Positions 49,907 through 57,313 of a stretch of 64,000 nt of DNA are shown here, piece by piece. How positions within the stretch are numbered: position 1 is the stretch's first letter; every line of letters starts with the position of its first letter. Made by a program: the position numbers and the translations under genes. Origin of the DNA: Candidatus Woesearchaeota archaeon (GTDB lineage: Archaea; Nanobdellota; Nanobdellia; Woesearchaeales; UBA11576); the NCBI GenBank assembly GCA_018675335.1, contig JABGYH010000006.1, positions 17,464 through 81,463 on the forward strand. The letters are read 5' to 3'. Under the pieces are notes generated by a model that was not told where the DNA came from, ran no database searches, and saw nothing but the letters and a program-made list of their open reading frames with translations.

Positions 49907-51441
49907 TCTGAAACTCCTACCACCAATGCAGTTCCTTGATATGTCCCACTCATTGCTTGACTTGGCACAAATAATCTAAAACTCAATGGTATAAATTGAT
50001 TGAGCCCACACTCTAAAATTTTTGAAGAAACAACAAAAGAATCAAGCGTTCCATCAATACCTAAATTAAAATCATTTCCAAGCACGAATTCTAAATTTTT
50101 TGAAGAAATTTCAGTTATAATACTTCCATCACCATCCAAATCAGAATCAATATCAGAACCACCATCCGAACCACCATCTGATTCACTACCTGAATTAATT
50201 GTTAAATTAGTTCCAATCAAACCAACACTTAAATTAGTATTGCCTATATTTTGAATGGTGGGATTATTAGTTTCAAAATTTGAGTCTCCAAGTATTTCAA
50301 CATAGGTTCCAAGTATTGCTTGTTCAAATAATAAATAATTAACATCCAAACTTAATGCAGACAAAGATAATATTTCAATTGAATAATTAACATAATTAAC
50401 TGAATAATTATCTTCACAAAAAATGCTCAAATTATATGTTCCTTCCGACAAGTAATAGTCCAAATTAAATTCTCCGCCAGCAACAAATGAAGAAGAATTC
50501 AACTCTTCTAAAAAAATCAATTCAGAATAAATATTTAATTTCTCATTTTCAACAAAACACGAGTCCACATCCAAAAAACCATTCAAATCAGTAACGGTTA
50601 AATTCAAACCTATTACTTTTTCTCCCCCTGGATTAAGAAGTATTTCAGCATTTTCAATTAATTCTTCATAATCAAACAAAATTAAATTAGACAATATTGG
50701 TTCTGAATTTAATATTTCCAATTCAATTTCAATTTCAACACTAGAATTATATAATGAAGAATTTGAAGAATTTGAAGGAATTATGGGTTCAGTTAGATTA
50801 GTTGAGTTAGATTGATTAAAAAAGAAACTAGAGTTTAACAAATTCGGATAACTACCAAAAAAGTCTGCAGAATTATTATTTGAATCATTAAATAAACTAG
50901 TTCTTTGTAAACTAAATCCCTCCGAAACACCAATGGAAGAATTCCCCTCAAAAAGCCCTTCACCAATTTCAGTTTCAAGACCCCAACCAACAGAATCAAT
51001 AATTATCCCATCTAAAACTAGAGCAACCCCTGCATCAGAGTTAGAAAGAGTAAATGATTCTTCATAATTAGAAGTTGACCAGGAAATATTATCTTTATTT
51101 TCATCCCAGCCTAAATCAGTTAAAAGTAAAAATTGATTTGGCAACAATAACAAATCCACATCTGAATTATCAAATACTAAATCTTCATTTGAACTTTCTG
51201 TTTTAATAACATATCCTGACAAATTCACAACTTCGTTGGTTGGATTAAATAATTCTATTGCCTCGCCGCCAGTCTCTGAACTTATCGGGTTGTAGTATAC
51301 TTCACTAATAACAATGTAATCTAACGCGGCAAAGGCGATAGGGGTAAGAGAAGAGGCAATAAAGAAAAATAGAATTAGAGTAACAAATTTTTTTATTAGT
51401 TTGGTTAGCAACACATCAAACATTTTTTTCACCTCAAACAA
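49903..51441 (-). CDS. Secreted Lamin-Tail-Domain (LTD) protein with Asn/Ser-rich linker and beta-rich C-terminal domains
   Basis: Signal peptide, then 'DYIVISEVYYNPISSETGGEAIELFNPTNEVVNLSGYVIKTE' as a canonical LTD motif. A 'GSESDGGSDGGSDIDSDLDGDGS' acidic repeat. Confidence 0.5.
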   Translation of the reverse strand: MFEVKKMFDVLLTKLIKKFVTLILFFFIASSLTPIAFAALDYIVISEVYYNPISSETGGEAIELFNPTNEVVNLSGYVIKTESSNEDLVFDNSDVDLLLLPNQFLLLTDLGWDENKDNISWSTSNYEESFTLSNSDAGVALVLDGIIIDSVGWGLETEIGEGLFEGNSSIGVSEGFSLQRTSLFNDSNNNSADFFGSYPNLLNSSFFFNQSNSTNLTEPIIPSNSSNSSLYNSSVEIEIELEILNSEPILSNLILFDYEELIENAEILLNPGGEKVIGLNLTVTDLNGFLDVDSCFVENEKLNIYSELIFLEELNSSSFVAGGEFNLDYYLSEGTYNLSIFCEDNYSVNYVNYSIEILSLSALSLDVNYLLFEQAILGTYVEILGDSNFETNNPTIQNIGNTNLSVGLIGTNLTINSGSESDGGSDGGSDIDSDLDGDGSIITEISSKNLEFVLGNDFNLGIDGTLDSFVVSSKILECGLNQFIPLSFRLFVPSQAMSGTYQGTALVVGVSE

Positions 51442-51856
51442 ATTTTAATTTTTTAATTTTCACTTATTAAATTTGTATTAACTCTTCCCCCGCGACAAAA
51501 AGAGACATATGTTTAGTAGTCATACGTCTTAAAATAGTTTCAGTAGAAAAATCCAGAAAAAATATTAAACAAACCGAAAAATATTCAAATAACAATTAGC
51601 TAAATCACCCCATCTAACTTAGTCTTTAAAAAAAATTCAATTTAATAATATAATTATAATACTAATCCTATAAATTTTCAAAAAATATCTAAAAAATATA
51701 ATGTCAAAAACTATGCATTTTATATATCACCTCTTTTTTCCACAGTGAGCTTCCAAAGAGAAAACAAAAATAAAAAAAATAAATTTAACCTGAATCTAGA
51801 CGAGAAAAAAATAATAAATCATCAAAAAGTCTAAGATTTCATGGAGGGCGAAGAAA

Positions 51857-52168
51857 ATGAATCCATTTACAAAATATATAGCATTACCTGCAGCAGCAAT
51901 TGCATTAGCCGCTACAGCTTATTTAACACAAGAAAGAACTGCAATGGCGCATGCACCAAAAAACCCAACTGCAACATATCAAGCAAAAGGTCCTGAATAT
52001 AAAAATTCACAAGAAATTAGTTTTGGACCAACCTTAGTAACTAGAACTGGCTTAATCCCCCTTCAAGAATCAATTCATTTTGAACCAACATTAGTAACTC
52101 GAAATGGATTAGTTGAAATTACAGAAGCAGAAGTTGCAAAAATCGAAGCGAGTAGTAGAGATATTTAA
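51857..52168 (+). CDS. Small secreted protein with internal repeat
   Basis: Signal peptide 'MNPFTKYIALPAAAIALAATAYL'. Repeat 'GPTLVTRTGLIPLQE' / 'EPTLVTRNGLVEITE'. RBS GGAGGG. Confidence 0.35.
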   Translation: MNPFTKYIALPAAAIALAATAYLTQERTAMAHAPKNPTATYQAKGPEYKNSQEISFGPTLVTRTGLIPLQESIHFEPTLVTRNGLVEITEAEVAKIEASSRDI

Positions 52169-52260
52169 ATTTTAAATTTATTTAATTTTTTAAAATATTA
52201 AATAATTTTTTATTTTTTTTAAATTTTTCTAAATTAACTAAACTCTAACAAAAAATAAAT

Positions 52261-52407
52261 GCCCCTGCCGGGAAAATCGACAAACAACCAATTCTAGTTA
52301 TTATATTTTCGAACCCGGGTTACAAGATGTTTACAAAATAAATCAAACAAACATTTAATTCATATTGCCGCAATCTCGCGTCCTATCCAGGCTAGACTAC
52401 AGGGGCA
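52261..52407 (-). tRNA. tRNA, probably tRNA-Arg(GCG), apparently with two introns (canonical 37/38 intron ~39 nt; second ~34 nt intron in or just 3' of the T-loop)
   Basis: Hand-folded minus strand. Acceptor GCCCCUG/CAGGGGC (7/7). D-stem GUCU/GGAC with AGCCUGGAUA loop. Anticodon stem CGAGA/UCUUG with loop UUGCGG. T-stem CCGGG/CCCGG (5/5) with UUCGAAA, interrupted by an insert before the 3' T-stem strand. Discriminator A. No encoded CCA. Confidence 0.45.
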
Positions 52408-52608
52408 ATTTTATTAATTATCAAATCAAATAAATTAATTATTTAAAAACCTTCTCCCCTGCATTAAACAAATTAAAATAGCCAAAATCTAAAAAAAATA
52501 ACTCATTTAAGCAAAATATTCAAAATAATCACTAAAAAAGTAAAAAATTCTCCAATTAATCATATAACCCCCTAAACCATACCTCTAACTTGTTTGGAGG
52601 GCAAAAAA

Positions 52609-52863
52609 ATGGCAAAAAACCTAGAAAAAAAAGTAGAAGAAACTGTCACCTCAAGAGGAAGCACACGTTATCCAGATGATGACCGAAGAGTTCCAGATGC
52701 AGAACCATTTGAAGCAATAACATACACAGGACCTAGTTATCCTGACGACGATAGAAGAACGCCCAACAGAACTGTGTTTAAACAAGGAGCACATATTTAC
52801 TCAGAGGGAAATTGGTATAGCTCAGGAGAAGAATACTGCGGACCTAAATACCCCGATGACTAA
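52609..52863 (+). CDS. Small protein with YPDDDRR repeats
   Basis: 'STRYPDDDRRVPD', 'PSYPDDDRRTPN' and C-terminal 'KYPDD'. GGAGGG RBS 8 nt upstream of the ATG (the ORF track used an upstream TTG). Confidence 0.3.
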   Translation: MAKNLEKKVEETVTSRGSTRYPDDDRRVPDAEPFEAITYTGPSYPDDDRRTPNRTVFKQGAHIYSEGNWYSSGEEYCGPKYPDD

Positions 52864-52926
52864 CAAAATATAACAACTACAAATAAAGAACCAGGCATAA
52901 AGAAAACAATACTAAAAAATTATTTT

Positions 52927-53595
52927 TTATTTCTTTATAGCAATAGTACTAGGACTTCTTCTACCAACGCAAGGACCATCAATTACTTCAAAACCAACAG
53001 TTTTTAATCCTTTGCGAACAGCACTAGCGCAACTATAAGTCATTAATCGTCCGCCTTTTTTTAATACGCGATACACTTGAGAAAAAACTTCTTCAGTCCA
53101 AAGTTCGGGACATTTTTTTGGCGAAAACGGATCAAAATATACTAAATCAAAACTATTTTTTTCTAAATCAATAATACTTTTACAAGCATCATCAACAATT
53201 AATTTTATTTTGCAATTTTCAAATGTAACAACTCGTTCTCGATCAGAAAGAGTTACCAATTTTTTAAAAAATGAATAGCACTTAAAATTACTTTCAACAT
53301 TTAAAATTTCATTTAAAATTTTTTCATCATTTTCAAGTCCAACAATCTCAATTTTTGCACCTTTAAAATAATCTATTGCACATGCAGAATTATAACCTAA
53401 ACCAAAACAAAAGTCAAGAATTTTAACTTCAGAAAATCCCTCAAGTTTTGATGGTTCAACAAACTTTTTTAACGCTTCTTCTTCTGCACCAGTATTACTA
53501 TGATATGTTTCATCATACTCAGAATTATGAAAAGTTATTGACCCATCATTTGTTTTTATTTTTTTAAGATCCATTTTATAATCAAATATATTCAA
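52927..53595 (-). CDS. MnmC2-like (DUF752) SAM-dependent methyltransferase, stand-alone
   Basis: 'VYFDPFSPKKCPELWTEEVF' matches the MnmC methyltransferase-domain DxFxPxxNPxLW motif. Gly-rich 'LDFCFGLGYN' SAM loop. Confidence 0.55.
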   Translation of the reverse strand: MNIFDYKMDLKKIKTNDGSITFHNSEYDETYHSNTGAEEEALKKFVEPSKLEGFSEVKILDFCFGLGYNSACAIDYFKGAKIEIVGLENDEKILNEILNVESNFKCYSFFKKLVTLSDRERVVTFENCKIKLIVDDACKSIIDLEKNSFDLVYFDPFSPKKCPELWTEEVFSQVYRVLKKGGRLMTYSCASAVRKGLKTVGFEVIDGPCVGRRSPSTIAIKK

Positions 53596-53601
53596 ACTAT
53601 T

Positions 53602-54543
53602 CTATTCTTTTCTAATTTTTGCAATAAAAAATCCTTCAGTATCATTATCTTGAGGCCATATTCTTAAACATTTTTTAACTTCATCACTGTAAACTGCACC
53701 TTCAAATTCAACAATTGCAGGAGATCGATTAATATCTAACTCAATTTCTTCAACGCGAGCATTGTCAAACTTTTTAAGTAAAAAATCTACGACCTCCTCA
53801 TTTTCTTCAGGTTCAAGCGTACACGTACTATAAACTAAAACTCCTCCTGGTTTTAAAATATTAAAACCATGTTCCATTAACTCTTTTTGAATTTTTGATA
53901 TTTTTTGTATTGTTTTAGGATTCCAGGTAATAACAGGTGACGCACTTTTTCTAATTGTGCCTGATGCAGAACAAGGTGCATCAATTAAAACTTTATCAAA
54001 TTCTAAATTAGGAATTTTTTGTCCTTTCATATTTGTTATTGAATAATTTGTAAGCCCACATCTTTGAACATTAAGTCCTAACGCCATAATTCTTTGCCAA
54101 GTTAATTCATTTGCAACTATGAATCCTTTATTTCTCATCTGACATCCTATTTGGGTAGTTTTTGATCCTGGTGCAGCACACATATCAAGTACTAACTCGC
54201 CTGGTTTTGGATCAAGTACTACAGGAGGAATCATCGACGCTGCTTCTTGAATATAAACATAACCTAAAGTGTGTTCGAGTAAATTTCCCAAATCAGTTCT
54301 TTCCCCATAAACCCAAAAACCCTCTTTACAAAAGGGAATTGGTTCTAATTTAAAATTTTTTTCAAGTCTCTCTTTAATTTCAGCAACTGATTTTTTTAGA
54401 GTATTAACTCTTAATGACTTTCGCAAATATGAACAACTATATTTTTTAAAAACTTCTATATCAGTTAATTTAGAATACCGTTCTATCATTTTTGGTTTCC
54501 ATTCAAGTTTTGCAATGTTTGGATTTTCTACTAATTCTACCAT
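53602..54543 (-). CDS. NOL1/NOP2/Sun (NSun) family RNA cytosine-C5 methyltransferase
   Basis: 'VLDMCAAPGSKTTQ' motif I, 'DAPCSASGTIRK' motif IV catalytic Cys and 'STCTLEPEENEEVV' motif VI Cys. Confidence 0.8.
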   Translation of the reverse strand: MVELVENPNIAKLEWKPKMIERYSKLTDIEVFKKYSCSYLRKSLRVNTLKKSVAEIKERLEKNFKLEPIPFCKEGFWVYGERTDLGNLLEHTLGYVYIQEAASMIPPVVLDPKPGELVLDMCAAPGSKTTQIGCQMRNKGFIVANELTWQRIMALGLNVQRCGLTNYSITNMKGQKIPNLEFDKVLIDAPCSASGTIRKSASPVITWNPKTIQKISKIQKELMEHGFNILKPGGVLVYSTCTLEPEENEEVVDFLLKKFDNARVEEIELDINRSPAIVEFEGAVYSDEVKKCLRIWPQDNDTEGFFIAKIRKE

Positions 54544-54549
54544 TTTTAT

Positions 54550-55443
54550 TTACTCTACATTTAATTTAATCATTTTACGAGTCAAAAAATAAAAAAGTTC
54601 ATTTTCATATTCTCGAGCAACGTATTCGAATCCTAGTCGATTAAACATTCTTTGAAAGCCTCCCCTTCGTTTAACTTTCATATTTTGATTTTTTAGCGTT
54701 TTTGTTGAAAAACTTATTACTAATTTAGCACAATTCAAATTATTAATTATTTGCTCTGCTTGTTTTTTATCAATTAAATCAAATGTTTTCCAGATTAGTA
54801 CCAAATCATACTTTTGTTTAAATAATTTATGACTCACAGAATCAAAATCAGATATGTCTAAAACATGAGCCTGACCTTTAAATTTTTTATTCTTTGAAGA
54901 AAATACATCAAAAAAATCATTTAAATTTGAAACATCAGTTTTATTTAATTCACAAGCAGAATAATCTAAACTTTTAACTCCACAATCAAAATAAAAAATA
55001 GAAGATAATGGATTATATCCACTCGCAAGATCCAATAATTTAATATCAGATTTAGAAACAAAATCAACTAACTCAGAAATTAAAGAATCATAAAATTTAA
55101 TTCGTTCTTTTGTTGATAAATGTAATTTCATTAAATCTTTAACGGAGGAGTTAGTGAAATCAAAAGACAATAATTGTTCTGAAAAATTTGTCTTAAAAAA
55201 TGCAGGAACAAAAAACTGACCATAAATTCGATTTAAATCATTTCTAACCAACTTAACAATTTGTTTGAATAATTTAGATTTACTAATTTTATCAATATTT
55301 GCAGATTCGATAAACTGAATTAATTTTTTATCTGAATTAATTACTAACTTAACTTTTTCAAGGACAATAGAATCATCTAATTTTGATAATTGTTTTTTCT
55401 TTTTGATTTCAACTACAATTAAATTTAAAATTTCAAAGTTCAT
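54550..55443 (-). CDS. Hypothetical protein, possible Rossmann-fold methyltransferase
   Basis: Weak motif-I-like 'KLLDLASGYNPLS'. Otherwise unassigned. Confidence 0.25.
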   Translation of the reverse strand: MNFEILNLIVVEIKKKKQLSKLDDSIVLEKVKLVINSDKKLIQFIESANIDKISKSKLFKQIVKLVRNDLNRIYGQFFVPAFFKTNFSEQLLSFDFTNSSVKDLMKLHLSTKERIKFYDSLISELVDFVSKSDIKLLDLASGYNPLSSIFYFDCGVKSLDYSACELNKTDVSNLNDFFDVFSSKNKKFKGQAHVLDISDFDSVSHKLFKQKYDLVLIWKTFDLIDKKQAEQIINNLNCAKLVISFSTKTLKNQNMKVKRRGGFQRMFNRLGFEYVAREYENELFYFLTRKMIKLNVE

Positions 55444-57165
55444 TTAAATCACAATTTTTTTAACCATATAAGGTCCTTCTTTTTTATATCCTATTTTTCG
55501 ATAGTATTCACGAACACCAATTCCCGAAATTACCACAAGTTTATGTCTGCCTTCTTTAAGTGCAATCTCTTCTGCTTTATTCATAAGCTTCTTGCCAAGA
55601 CCTTTATGTTGTGATTCTTTTTTAGTGGAATCACCAACTGCAACAGCAGATCCATAAACATGAAGTTCTCGAATGAGCGCAGAATCAAGAGTTATTTCTT
55701 TTCTCATACTTTTTTGAGGAATTCTTAATCTACAAAATCCAGAAATAACATCATGTGTTACATCTTCAATTGAAATAAAATATTCTTTACCACCGTTAGC
55801 TACATATTCTCTAACAACAAGTTGTAATTTATCAATTTGTTTTGCACGTCCAACTTCTCGGCAACGAATACACTTACATTTTATTTTTTTGTTCGCACAG
55901 TACTCATGAACATATTGTCTTAAATTAGATTTATCAACTCCTCCAACAGATCTGTTAGGAGGTATATCTCTTTGAACTCTCATAACTCGACAATACTCAG
56001 GAATGTATCGTTTAAATTCACCTATTAATTCAATTGCTTGATCAGTATTTATTGGTTTAAACTTTTTTTGTTTCATTAAATTTTCAAGTTTCGTACCTGG
56101 CATCACCATACAAGGATATATTTTTATCATATCAGGCTTAAAATCTTCTGAATCAAATAATTGTTTAAATCCATTTAAATCTTTTATACTGCTTGACCCT
56201 GGAAGTCCAATCATATAATGAAAATTTAATTTAAATCCTAAGTCACGTAATTCTTGTATTGATTTAATCGAATCAGAAACACTATGTCCCCTATTCATTT
56301 TTTCTAAGACATCATCATATACTGATTGTATCCCTATTTCAACTCTTGTTGCACCCAATTCTAACATTTGATTTCCATACTCTAATGTGCCATAATCAGG
56401 TCTAGTTTCAATAGTGAGTCCCACACACCTTATTTTTGTTTTTTCATTTCTTTTTTGTTCGGTTTTAAGTTCAACTGTTCGAGCCAATTGCAATTTATTA
56501 ATTTTAAAATGAATTTTCTTTAATCGATCAGAAGACCCTACATCTCCTGGAAGTTCAAAAAACTCTTTAAATTTTTCAAGTTTTAATTCTCCCCCTCTAA
56601 AAAACATACTTGAAAAATCATTCATTGCTTGAAAGCAGGAAGTAATAAATTCTTTTTGATATTTTTTTGAAACAGATATAAATGTTCCACCCATCACAAT
56701 TAGTTCAACTTTGTCAGGAACATGTCCTTGAACAATATATTGTTCTAATCGATTAAATACTTGAATGTATGAATTAAATCCACCACGAACTCCCCTCATC
56801 GTTGCAGGTTCATGCCCAGTATAACTTTGAGGAACATCTCCAAAAATTGAGTCTACACCTCCCGGACAAATAGAACACTTCCCATGGGGACATTTATGCG
56901 GTTTAGACATCACTGCAACCACTGCAACTCCGCTTATTGTTCTTGTAGGTTTTGATTGAATAAATTTTTTTATTTTATTTAATTTAGAACGAGGAGTGTT
57001 AAGTATAACTTCAATATCAGTAGGTATTTTTTTCTTTTTATATTTTTGACAAAGTTTTATTTTTAATTTAGCGATTTTATCTTTAGATAAGCTTCCTTTT
57101 CCTATTTCTTCCACTAATTCTGCATAATACTGTAAGTCTTTATCCATACGTCTTAAAAACGCCAT
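55444..57165 (-). CDS. elp3: Elongator protein 3 homologue (radical SAM plus GNAT; tRNA U34 cm5 modification)
   Basis: Radical-SAM/Fe-S Cys cluster 'KPHKCPHGKCSICPGG'. C-terminal GNAT 'SQHKGLGKKLMNKAEEIA'. 573 aa. Confidence 0.85.
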   Translation of the reverse strand: MAFLRRMDKDLQYYAELVEEIGKGSLSKDKIAKLKIKLCQKYKKKKIPTDIEVILNTPRSKLNKIKKFIQSKPTRTISGVAVVAVMSKPHKCPHGKCSICPGGVDSIFGDVPQSYTGHEPATMRGVRGGFNSYIQVFNRLEQYIVQGHVPDKVELIVMGGTFISVSKKYQKEFITSCFQAMNDFSSMFFRGGELKLEKFKEFFELPGDVGSSDRLKKIHFKINKLQLARTVELKTEQKRNEKTKIRCVGLTIETRPDYGTLEYGNQMLELGATRVEIGIQSVYDDVLEKMNRGHSVSDSIKSIQELRDLGFKLNFHYMIGLPGSSSIKDLNGFKQLFDSEDFKPDMIKIYPCMVMPGTKLENLMKQKKFKPINTDQAIELIGEFKRYIPEYCRVMRVQRDIPPNRSVGGVDKSNLRQYVHEYCANKKIKCKCIRCREVGRAKQIDKLQLVVREYVANGGKEYFISIEDVTHDVISGFCRLRIPQKSMRKEITLDSALIRELHVYGSAVAVGDSTKKESQHKGLGKKLMNKAEEIALKEGRHKLVVISGIGVREYYRKIGYKKEGPYMVKKIVI

Positions 57166-57313
57166 CTAATTTATAAGCTTTTCTTGCTTAAAAAGTCAAT
57201 AATACTACAAAAATATAAGAGAAAAAAACATAAAAAAAAATTAATATGTATTACTCACCACATATAACTCACAATATAACACGCATAATATACTGCACAC
57301 CACACTCAATAAA

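Noticed and set aside
52261-52407. Alternative reading of the tRNA as tRNA-Ala(UGC), using anticodon stem GCGAG/CUUGU
   Set aside because: The acceptor stem has C3:G70 rather than the G3:U70 Ala identity pair. The Arg(GCG) register also gives the standard U33 and a purine at position 37.
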